Shown here one piece after another: positions 1 through 8,458 of a stretch of 12,952 nt of DNA. The notes beneath the pieces are model-generated. The model did no database searches. It was not told the origin of the DNA and was given only the letters and a program-made list of their open reading frames with translations. Position 1 is the stretch's first letter. Every line of letters starts with the position of its first letter. The translations under genes and the position numbers were made by a program. The stretch comes from an uncultured Nitrososphaeraceae archaeon (GTDB lineage Archaea; Thermoproteota; Nitrososphaeria; Nitrososphaerales; Nitrososphaeraceae). The DNA lies in NCBI GenBank assembly GCA_963837175.1, contig CAWIMJ010000032.1, positions 1 through 12,952 of the forward strand. Reading direction: 5' to 3'.

Positions 1-240
1 TATTTGACTACCCCAAGGATTGAGTTACATTGACAGTTACCAAATCCTTATTACTTTTGCATTGTCTCTATTGGGATATCTTTTTCTCTATCTATTCTTA
101 CTCTTGCATTCACTACCATTTCATTTTTGAGGTCTTATTTCCATAGACAGTCCTATCAAAACCAAAATATCCAAAGATTGTTTTTGCCGTATCGAATTTC
201 ATCTCCTATATTTTTCCTTTCATAATCCTGTTTTCTACTT

Positions 241-384
241 TTATATCCAGTAGAGTCCATGCATAATTTGTCTTGCTTGTGCTGATTGTTGTGTCATTAT
301 TCCTTCTGTTATTATTACTGTAAGTAAAGCCGCTAATAGGGCAACATAGAATACTATTTTAGTTGTCGTTTTTATATTCTCTAT
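241..384 (-). pseudogene. Possible N-terminal fragment of a secreted protein, broken by frameshifts and continuing toward the window start
   Basis: Manual translation gives IENIKTTTKIVFYVALLAALLTVIITEGIMTQQSAQA, which resembles a signal peptide ending in AQA. Downstream coding-like sequence changes frame several times. Confidence 0.3.
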
Positions 385-767
385 CTATCTAACGGTTATT
401 TGGATGTAGTAAATAAGTGAGCGTATTCTCCTGTATACCTATCCACATATCCATCACAATACAGATATTATACGTTTTTTTCTTTCCTCAGTTAATTGCA
501 AATTAATCTCATAATATAAATAAGCACTTAAAAAAGGGAAGGAAAATAGGACATATCAGACAATGAAGCAGCATATATAGACACCAGAAAAAATAGTGTT
601 TTCTTTCTTTTAGTCATGATGAATCTTCTATTTCCTGGTTATAGAAAATGTCTGCATAATGTCGTAGTATATTGTGTATATATGGTGTTACTTTGAATAC
701 ACCATCTTATTAGGCTTTGTGTTCTCTACATTGGTAACGTTATCGACCATTGAAGAAGACTAGAGCC

Positions 768-900
768 TATTGTGTATTAATAACTTTTTTGTGCATTAAA
801 TTAGAGTGGTGTAAAATGTCGTGTAATTTTTTTAAAATCGTGTAAAGTCGTGTAATTCTGGGCTACACTAAAATGCACTAAAATATATAACTTATTGTGT
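768..900. repeat. Cluster of short GTGTAA-type direct repeats with inverted partners
   Basis: TCGTGTAA at 819, 838 and 848; TGGTGTAA at 807; CACTAAAAT at 866 and 876; TATTGTGT at 768 and 893 (also at 670). Confidence 0.6.
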
Positions 901-998
901 GACCGCAGTTTTCTTGTAGAAATCTACCAATCTCTATCACATAGGATAAAGTATCTATATATCATAAGAAGCGAGTGGTAATAAAGGGACGAAATTGA

Positions 999-1049
999 CA
1001 CGAGTTCGGTGGAACCCAAGACAGATTTGACTCAAATTTACCACCCAGA
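999..1049 (+). repeat. Dispersed palindromic site, copy R1
   Basis: CACGAGTTCGGTGGAACCCAAGACAGATTTGACTCAAATTTACCACCCAGA; 42/51 identical to R2 without gaps; GGTGG...CCACC inverted arms. Confidence 0.92.
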
Positions 1050-1064
1050 AGAAAATCTTATATA

Positions 1065-1262
1065 TTATATTTTAGTACGACCTAACATCAGTGTTATAGA
1101 GTCATATGGTATCATCGTCTGATGAAAGAAGAACAGGAAGATAGTGACTAAGGTTAGAATAAAAAGGAGAAAATCTTTTCTGTCGGCTGTATGTCTTGCA
1201 ATGGCTATGAAAAATACTATAAGCGGTCCAGTAGCAGGTAAAAATGTAACTGTTACTGGCAA
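1065..1262 (-). CDS. Small hypothetical membrane protein or gene fragment
   Basis: 65-aa ORF with two hydrophobic segments, TTG start, no recognisable motif; stop lies about 15 bp from the end of R1. Confidence 0.3.
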   Translation of the reverse strand: MPVTVTFLPATGPLIVFFIAIARHTADRKDFLLFILTLVTIFLFFFHQTMIPYDSITLMLGRTKI

Positions 1263-1481
1263 ATGGATTTACAGATCTTGAGGGGTCGTCAGGTCTTCAC
1301 AGCTGAAATGAAATTCATCCTGTTACTAGAGTTGTAAATGCAAAATAACTTTACTGAATTTGCGAAACTGCATAAGCAGGAATATGATGAATTGCTCTCC
1401 ATTTTATTTTGCATTATTATTACCTCATTATTCTTCTTTCTAATTCAGATATAATTGCAGAATTTTAGGTTTTAGGGAACC

Positions 1482-1489
1482 TTATATAT
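1482..1489 (+). promoter_or_regulatory. Archaeal TATA box for the ester cyclase gene (likely leaderless transcript)
   Basis: TTATATAT ends about 20 bp before ATG 1510 and is preceded by purine-rich AGGGAA (BRE-like). Confidence 0.55.
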
Positions 1490-1509
1490 TGCTCTTAGAT
1501 GTAACAGCC

Positions 1510-1938
1510 ATGGACAAACAACAACCCTCCCACATGTCAGAAGAAGAAGAAAAAAATGAAGCGTTAGCTCTTCGTTACCACAATGACATTTTTTCAAAAG
1601 GCAAACTAGAGGTAGCAGATGAAATTCTATCGTCTGATTTTGTTTTACACAATCCAGTTCTTCCTGAAGAATTACGCAAAGGTCCAGAAGGAATAAAGAA
1701 ATATGCAGCTGCAATAATAGCAGCTGTACCAGATAGAAAACTTGTACATGACGATATTTTTTCAAAAGGAGATAAGGTACTAATCAGATGGACAAATAGT
1801 GGAACAAATACAGGGCCATTGTTTGGTAATCCACCTACAGGCAAACCATATGTTGCAACAGGGTTTGATTTGTTTCGCATTTCAAATGGGAAAATCATGG
1901 AGATGTGGCAGCAATATAATTTTGCCAGCTGGTCATAA
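1510..1938 (+). CDS. SnoaL-like ester cyclase (NTF2-like fold)
   Basis: Family-typical pattern EKNEALALRY...ADEILSSDFVLH...GPEGIK...GDKVLIRWT.SGT.TG.LFG.PPTGK...FRISNGKI.E.W. ATG 1510 preferred to TTG 1489, which overlaps the TATA box. Confidence 0.9.
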   Translation: MDKQQPSHMSEEEEKNEALALRYHNDIFSKGKLEVADEILSSDFVLHNPVLPEELRKGPEGIKKYAAAIIAAVPDRKLVHDDIFSKGDKVLIRWTNSGTNTGPLFGNPPTGKPYVATGFDLFRISNGKIMEMWQQYNFASWS

Positions 1939-2172
1939 ACAACTGCCGACTCATAGATAAAGCTGAAAATCTGATTCATAGGATAGGAATGGAAGAAGCA
2001 TAAAAAAAGCAAGAGTAGAAGAATAGATAGATAGTACCTACTATCGTTTATTGTTAGTTTTTCTCTCTAGATACGTGTGTCAGCAATTCATTCTTTCCAA
2101 TTTTGAGTTATATCAAAGCAGGATTTAAACAAGAAGAATAATCCGCAGTGGTAGTATCTATAGAATTTAATT

Positions 2173-2223
2173 CACGGGTTCGATGGAATGTGGGACAGAA
2201 TTGACTCAAATATACCACCCAGA
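2173..2223 (+). repeat. Dispersed palindromic site, copy R2
   Basis: CACGGGTTCGATGGAATGTGGGACAGAATTGACTCAAATATACCACCCAGA; 42/51 identical to R1 and 42/51 to R3. Confidence 0.92.
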
Positions 2224-2520
2224 TTAGTATAAGGATGATATTATATAGTAATGAAGCAGGAACTATTCACACAAAATAATGAGATCGATATTATCTGAAT
2301 CAATAAGCTGGCTTAAAGGATGTAAATATGGATATACTTACAAGGATAAGATTGTCTTATTTTTGTATATATTAATGCAATCATTATAATAATTTTCATT
2401 ATTGGTATATTTGGTAAGAACAAACTCATAGATACATACTTTAAAAGAACTTATCTGTTAAATTGGATACCTGTAAAATCTGTTCTAGTAAAGATAGATG
2501 GCGCCATACTCTCCTTACCT

Positions 2521-3234
2521 ATGATTCTTGATTATATCATTCTTGTCAAACCGGATTGGGAAGAAAAAGAAAGGGAATTTATGACTCAGTTAAACTTGAA
2601 TTATAATAATAATGCCATAGTTATGGACATTGGTGCAAATATAGGAATTTATACAATATTATTGTCATACATCTATCCAAAGGCTAAGATTATAGCCGTA
2701 GAAGCATCTCCAACTATATTTGAAATGCTTAAATCAAACTGCAAACTAAATAATCTTCTTTTTCCTTCAGGATCACATGTTCTTTTGATAAATAAGGCTA
2801 TATCAGATAAAGATGACATAATAACAGAATTTTATGAGAAGCATAGTATGTCTACAATGCTTAAGGAATTTCTTACAAATCTAAGTTCAACAATATTAAC
2901 CAACCAGGATGAATTGAATAAGAAATTAGTTAGAACAGTAACAATAGATAATTTAGTTGAAACTATAGGCATAAATGAAATCTCATTACTTAAGATAGAT
3001 GTAGAAGGTGCAGAAGTCTTAGCTTTAAAAGGTGCAATCAACACATTAACCCATAAGAAGATAAAGAATATAGTAATTGAGTACCATTCACTTGAAAATT
3101 ATAATTATATAATTAAATTATTGGAGGAGGAGAAGAAGGAATTACGATACACAATAATCGATTCACAAGAACGATTTAATAACAAAGAGACAGAATTCAT
3201 TAATGGCCATATTATGGCAATTTTGCAAGAATAA
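2521..3234 (+). CDS. FkbM family SAM-dependent methyltransferase
   Basis: Motifs VMDIGANIGIY, IIAVEASP, LLKIDVEGAE and IVIEYH. The frame is open back to 2350; the true start is probably ATG 2328 with one extra T in the T-run at 2360-2364, adding a hydrophobic N-terminus. Confidence 0.92.
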   Translation: MILDYIILVKPDWEEKEREFMTQLNLNYNNNAIVMDIGANIGIYTILLSYIYPKAKIIAVEASPTIFEMLKSNCKLNNLLFPSGSHVLLINKAISDKDDIITEFYEKHSMSTMLKEFLTNLSSTILTNQDELNKKLVRTVTIDNLVETIGINEISLLKIDVEGAEVLALKGAINTLTHKKIKNIVIEYHSLENYNYIIKLLEEEKKELRYTIIDSQERFNNKETEFINGHIMAILQE

Positions 3235-3400
3235 TATAATCATCATAAAAAAATTGGTCTTATCTTCATCCATGTTATCTTCTGCTTCAACTGTTACTAA
3301 GGGAAGGTATTTGATTTTAGATGATATTGTACCAATTTAATGTGTTTAAATAAGAAAAGCAACTGCCAGTATCTATCTCATTTTTCTGTTGTTTGTTCTT

Positions 3401-3439
3401 ACACAATAGTCAGATTTGCCTTTTTTCCACATCGAACTT
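3401..3439 (-). repeat. Degenerate inverted copy of the dispersed site (R-inv)
   Basis: Minus strand reads AAGTTCGATGTGGAAAAAAGGCAAATCTGACTATTGTGT. The first 10 nt are identical to R5 and the core GGCAAATCTGAC matches R5 GACAAATTTGAC at 10/12; the right arm is not conserved. Confidence 0.6.
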
Positions 3440-3443
3440 CTAA

Positions 3444-4214
3444 TTAACAACAATAAAAATTATTTATCTTTCCGATCATCGTTCCGCTTACTTTGTCTCT
3501 GAAAATTGTTGAACTTTTTGGGACATACCCATTAGGTTTAACAAGATAAGGAGTACCATAAATGTCAGTTAATACAAATTCATAATGCCATAAAAGGTAC
3601 TTTTCTTCTTCTGTCATTAAGCTTTTTAGTACTAAAGTAGGATCATTATATCCTTCCACAACTTTTGTATTATTATGCCAAATAGGATATTTCTCCCAAA
3701 CAATATGCGATGGCTCTGGTCTATTTCTTATATAGAGTAAACCGGGCTTGTATCCAATAATTATGCTAAATACAATCATTCCTATTCCTTGGAAGAAATA
3801 GCCATGAGATGCATTGAATATTGACTGCTCTGTTGCAAAGCCGTAAGATGATCTATAATGGACTTCTCTGACCATATTAACTGAATATATGGGAAAAAGA
3901 ATTCCAATGGATGTTAGAGTAAGTCCTATAGCACATATTGCTATTGGCGCTATTCCTTTCCAGATTACCGAAATTGCTATAATAGAGATTAGAATAATGG
4001 TTGTTAGGATAACAAATTTTTCAGCGATAGATCCTAGAACAATTTGAACCGTTATAACGGTCAAATGAAGAAGAAATAGTAACATAATACTAACGACGCC
4101 AAGTGTTAGTAGCAATGACTTTTTTCGATTGAACCATTCATTAATTACATAATACTTGGGATGCCGACTATCTTTATGTGAATTATGAGATCTGGATTCT
4201 GATGTTGTGGCCAC
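3444..4214 (-). CDS. Hypothetical multi-pass membrane protein
   Basis: Intact 256-aa ORF with about four hydrophobic segments and a soluble C-terminus; GTG start with TTTTATAA (4238-4245, minus strand) about 24 bp upstream. Confidence 0.8.
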   Translation of the reverse strand: MATTSESRSHNSHKDSRHPKYYVINEWFNRKKSLLLTLGVVSIMLLFLLHLTVITVQIVLGSIAEKFVILTTIILISIIAISVIWKGIAPIAICAIGLTLTSIGILFPIYSVNMVREVHYRSSYGFATEQSIFNASHGYFFQGIGMIVFSIIIGYKPGLLYIRNRPEPSHIVWEKYPIWHNNTKVVEGYNDPTLVLKSLMTEEEKYLLWHYEFVLTDIYGTPYLVKPNGYVPKSSTIFRDKVSGTMIGKINNFYCC

Positions 4215-4553
4215 TATAGTTTAGTAGAATTTTTACCTTATAAAATGATCAAGTTCTCATTAGTTTCTAATTTAACTATATTATTGATTTGTCAGCCTCA
4301 GATAACATTATTGCACATAACCAGTCAAGAAAACGCTAAATTTGACTTTGTTTCATGTTAGGGACATTTTGTGTTATTTAGGGACACTCCTAGGAGTTTA
4401 TGCTCCGTATTTAGCACAGGCTAATAATCACTGATATCGTAACAGGTTAGGTGGTATTAGGTCCCAGCATGTATACGGGTTCTGTTGTTTTGTTAATTTA
4501 GCTTTTCTTTCACTTACAGAGTGTGAACTAGGAATATCTAGTAGAGACTTAAT

Positions 4554-6281
4554 TCAAAGTTTGCAACCCACTAAAATTGGGCTTACTATTATTTTTACAG
4601 ATTCTAATGGTACTAAATCAGGACCAACTATATGTCTTGTTGTTCTTGTATCATCATGTGTTGCTATGTGAGTGAAGTGTGTGCATACCAAACTACAATA
4701 TCCTTGTTCTTAATAAGCTCATGATTCACAAAGTTATCTAGTTGAGCTTCAGAAGGTGAACCTAGTGCCACAATTCCATCATCAAACTGATTTAAACGAT
4801 TCTTTAAAAACCAGATGTCTCTTTTCCCAAAACTATCGGCAATGCCATCATTAGCACCTGGATTGATCAAATAACCTTTACTTGTTTGTTGGTTTTGGAT
4901 TCTCCATTTTCTGTTACTTGAAGGATTTCTTAGCCTCTTAGTTTCATATTTGATCAAATGCCAATTTGATGAGCCTGATATTGGAGGATCATTCGTACTC
5001 TTCTACTACATTCTTTTTTGTATTTCCTACATCAAAGTTGAGTCTCCAGTATACATGGTGGTGATGAGGATTACAAACACAAGAGTCAGTGACAGCACTA
5101 AAACCAAACCGTGGTTTTATAGTTCCATTTGCATGAAGACGCCATTCACTTATGTAGCGATACCATCCTGCCTTCATCTCACTTGCCAGTACTATTTCTT
5201 CTAGTCCATCTACATAAACGGCTACACCAAGAAAGTTTCCCTGATTGCTTCCACTGGCAAGAATTGTTTTAGCTGGAGTGGGACATAATCGAAAACCTGG
5301 TATGACATCATCACCATTTGCTTCAATCATACTTTCTTGCCATTGCCAATCTCTGAAAGGACCGCAAGCATCATGATCATACTGTACGTTTAGGATTGGA
5401 ACATTTGCTCTACGAAGAACTCTTTTTCCCTTATAGTTTACATATTGCAGTTCTATGCCAGAACCGTTTGTTCCTGAAGAAGCAGCTGGTCTTGTTACTA
5501 TGAAATCCCATAGTAATGTATTTCCTTGAGTAACTGTCACTTTGGCACTTCCTGGTGTTCCTCTAGCTGCCGTAGGTTGATTAGCATCAGGAGAGCCACA
5601 AACTAATTCTTCAGCTCTAGAGTTTGCAGGTGCTCTATTATCAAATCTAACAATGGCTTTGTTAATCATATTTACTGCCACAATCTCATGTTGATATTTA
5701 GAACTGCTGTTACTATTACCACCACCACTATTTGTAGGTCGAAGCCCAACACAGAGCGTCCTTTCTATATCTCCATCAGGAGTTTCTTGTATAAATAGAG
5801 GAGGCATTGGTTGATATGGCTTTAAAATGTTGTTCTGTATTGATTCGCCTATACTTGGTTCGCTTTGGCTAAGTATTCGCAACGCCTCCTTCAAACTCTT
5901 CATCATTTGGCAATGGTTGTTGTTTTGATTCGATTATTTCTGTAGGATTGCGTTGACCAAGCTTACCTTTAACGGAAAGACAGCAATTATTCTCATAATC
6001 ATAGTATTTAGCTAAATAGGATTTTGGTAAGGCAATACGCTTGGTGGCGGCAGTAGCAACAGTTTCTGGAAGGAGCTCAACAGATAATAGCCTAGGTGTT
6101 TGTTTATTTCTTTTTCTTTTCTAATTCTTCACCACTTATACTTTTAAGGTAACTTCTGACCTTTGGACGATTAAGAAGTTTACTTGTGAGAGAATTAATA
6201 TTTCTGAGACGTGGGTCCAAAAGGAATCAGTTTTACAACTATTTTATCTTGAGAGCTATTCCCATTATTGGACAATATCAT
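4554..6281 (-). pseudogene. Copper amine oxidase-like protein, frameshifted (main ORF pieces 4989-5906 and 4664-4957)
   Basis: Motifs resembling the copper amine oxidase catalytic domain: GWYRYISEWRLHANGTIKP, HHHHVYWRLNFDVG, NKDIVVWY..HFTH. Manual reading joins frames from MILSNNG (6281) to HIVGPDLVP via about five 1-nt indels (near 6221, 6110, 5890, 4993, 4683). Confidence 0.7.
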
Positions 6282-6402
6282 CTTACAGTATCTATGTTCT
6301 TAAAAAGTATTTTTGATTCTAACAGCACCAAATCAAGAAGGCCATCAGGAGAGCCATTATATTATAAATTATTATAAAATACCTATTCAACTATGTAAAG
6401 TC

Positions 6403-6453
6403 TACGGCCTCGGTGGGATGTTGGACAGAATTGACTCAAATATGCCACCCAAT
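6403..6453 (+). repeat. Dispersed palindromic site, copy R3
   Basis: TACGGCCTCGGTGGGATGTTGGACAGAATTGACTCAAATATGCCACCCAAT; best hairpin of the set (GGTGG-G-ATGTT pairing with AATAT-G-CCACC). Confidence 0.92.
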
Positions 6454-6731
6454 TTCTTACATTAATTCCTATTCAAGTGAATATGCTTGACCTTTGTTTT
6501 TATTATCTGTTAATTCAGCTTTGGTATCTTCTTCCTTACTAATTACTTAAAGTTCCAGGCACACCTTTCTGTTGTTTGCTGTATATTATTAAAATTATTT
6601 TATTAATTGTGTATTTTCTATTTTTATACTTAGCTTAGAGACATGACAAAATATGGCCTGTTGTTTACCAAAAGTTAATTTTACAAGACTATCTATAGTA
6701 TTCCTTATATACTCATTATCATGCTTTTCGG

Positions 6732-7579
6732 ATGTTGTTCCTGAAAATAGTAGCGATAGTTATTTCTCTTCTCTATTCTATGTCCTCCTTGTTTTATGCT
6801 ACAACTCTCACAGTTAATGCTCAATCAGACTTACAGACAATAAAATATAGAAATTTAGTTATAGATTTAGGTAATGGTTTAAAGACTAATGCTAGGCTAA
6901 ATCTTCCATCTATTGGTGACGGTCCATTCCCAGGTGTCCTTCTTGTTCCTGGCTCTGGACCTGTTGATATGAATGAAACTGCAGGCTACGTTCGTACAGA
7001 TAACGAAACAGGCTCAATTATTTATCCGCCTGCTAGACCGTTCTTTGATATAGCTAAATATCTTTCAGAAAGAGGCTTTGCAGTTTTGCAGTATGACAAA
7101 AGGGGCATAGGTGCAAATTTTACAATTTTGGATAGCAATGTATGGGGGAATGCTACATTTGACGATCTAACACAAGATGCAGAGAAGGCGCTCGATGTTC
7201 TTGTACAGCAACCAGAAGTTGATTCTAACAATGTAATTCTAGTTGGACATAGCGAGGGTAAATGGTTGTCCCAAGAGTTGCAATCAACAATCCAGGTATA
7301 GTAGATAATATTGTACTGATGGGGGCAGTGGCCCAGAACTTGCGTGAAATAGGATACTCTCAAGGTGTTAGCACTCCAATACTCTACGCTCAACAGGTTC
7401 TAGACCATAATCACAATGGATTGATATCAGGTACAAGAAGCGTCAGAGAATCCTGTTTTCAGCTCTTTGGTCGGAAATCTCACTCTAGTTCTTGCTCAAA
7501 ATATTACTACTGTCAATGGGACAGCCGAGCAACTCAATTCCCAATATAATTTAAACAACGACACGTCCATAAGCATTAA
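6732..7579 (+). pseudogene. Secreted alpha/beta hydrolase (serine aminopeptidase/esterase-like), frameshifted and apparently truncated at site R4
   Basis: Signal peptide, GVLLVPGSGP, GFAVLQYDKRG and nucleophile motif GHSEG. Continues through frames 7262+ and 7467+ (indels near 7260 and 7431). No segment with the catalytic Asp and His is visible after 7580. Confidence 0.85.
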
Positions 7580-7620
7580 CGGTGGGATGCAGACAGATTT
7601 GACTCATTTTCTCACCCAGA
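7580..7620 (+). repeat. Dispersed palindromic site, copy R4
   Basis: CGGTGGGATGCAGACAGATTTGACTCATTTTCTCACCCAGA; 14-bp core identical to R1, each arm 1 nt shorter, left flank replaced by hydrolase coding sequence. Confidence 0.88.
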
Positions 7621-7816
7621 CTCATTTTCCAGGTATAACAATGCTGATGCACACATTTAAAGGGTCAAATAATGGGGTGTGAAGTATAGTTGCCGTCACA
7701 GATGGAAAATTAGACTTTGGTCCATGAGACTAGAGATATTCTATTATGGAGAATTTGATGGTCGTAGAAATAAGAGAGTATTAGTGAAAGTAATTGGTGT
7801 TGATGAATAGATCTCA

Positions 7817-8353
7817 TTATCTTTTCTGTCTTGATAATGCAGCAATTATGGGAGCATCATTGTTACCAACTACTTCTACTAATTCAGACCAGGTTGCTGA
7901 AGAAACATAAGGAATCTTCTTGACTTGTTCTAATATATTGTATAATTCTGATGAAGTGTTGTATATAATCTCAGTTATAACGTTATTTACGTCATTAATA
8001 CGTGTAGATGAAGATATCGCATTACTTTTATTTCTTTCAAGAATGATTTTTGCTACTTCTTTAGCCTTTCCTCTTTCCACATTTGCCAAAATAATTCCAG
8101 TTCTCAAACCTCCTTTCTTTATGTCTATGAGATATTTCTTTTCTAATATGGAGTCCACAAGCCTTTTTCTTCTTCTCTGAATAGTAGATATAGGAACCTT
8201 ATATTTAGATGCAATATCTGCACTTCTGATATCAGCTTTAGCTAGTAATTCTCTGATTATATTAATATCAATAGAGTCTAAAGGAAACATTTGACTGTCC
8301 TTTTCGTTAATTTTTTCACTTCCAATTGTAGGATTACTTAATTTTCGCCTCAT
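7817..8353 (-). CDS. Lrp/AsnC family transcriptional regulator
   Basis: N-terminal LDSIDINIIRELL...SADIASKYKVPISTIQRRRKRL winged HTH followed by a RAM-like domain; alternative start at the internal Met (MFPLD). Confidence 0.88.
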   Translation of the reverse strand: MRRKLSNPTIGSEKINEKDSQMFPLDSIDINIIRELLAKADIRSADIASKYKVPISTIQRRRKRLVDSILEKKYLIDIKKGGLRTGIILANVERGKAKEVAKIILERNKSNAISSSTRINDVNNVITEIIYNTSSELYNILEQVKKIPYVSSATWSELVEVVGNNDAPIIAALSRQKR

Positions 8354-8381
8354 ATTTTCAGTATACCAGCAATAATTACTC

Positions 8382-8397
8382 TATACTCAGCAGTATA
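8382..8397. promoter_or_regulatory. Candidate operator palindrome upstream of the Lrp/AsnC gene
   Basis: TATACT-CAGC-AGTATA perfect inverted repeat about 30-45 bp upstream of the start; a further half-site AGTATA at 8360. Confidence 0.4.
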
Positions 8398-8414
8398 AGA
8401 ACCCCTATATTAGC

Positions 8415-8458
8415 AAGTTCGATGGATACATGACAAATTTGACCATTTGCAACTCGAA
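8415..8458 (+). repeat. Dispersed palindromic site, degenerate copy R5
   Basis: AAGTTCGATGGATACATGACAAATTTGACCATTTGCAACTCGAA; GTTCGATGGA shared with R2, core GACAAATTTGAC, own TTCGA...TCGAA arms. Confidence 0.75.

Noticed and set aside
1-18. TATTTGACTA at the window start (also at 12294) as further copies of the site
   Set aside because: Only the TTTGACT part matches and no arms are present; plausible by chance in AT-rich DNA.
2030-2045. Inverted repeat GATAGTA-CC-TACTATC downstream of the ester cyclase gene
   Set aside because: Single occurrence, a 2-nt loop and a low-complexity ATAG context; no function can be supported.
2140-2190. tRNA-like signals (AGTGGTA resembling a D-loop, CACGGGTTCGAT resembling a T-arm) at R2 and R1
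   Set aside because: Spacing is about 31 nt, shorter than in tRNAs, and there is no complementary T-stem or acceptor stem. tRNAscan-SE or ARAGORN would settle it.
7580-7682. C-terminal part of ORF 7467-7682 as real protein sequence
   Set aside because: It is read-through across site R4 and its duplication, not hydrolase-like sequence.
7701-7726. GATGG-N7-GAC with ATGGA/TCCAT arms as a possible half-site
   Set aside because: The rest of the core is missing; too short to support.
999-8458. CRISPR array or canonical integron attC array as the explanation for the repeats
   Set aside because: Spacers are 0.8-3 kb and gene-containing, no cas or integrase gene is present, and the RYYYAAC/GTTRRRY boxes are absent.
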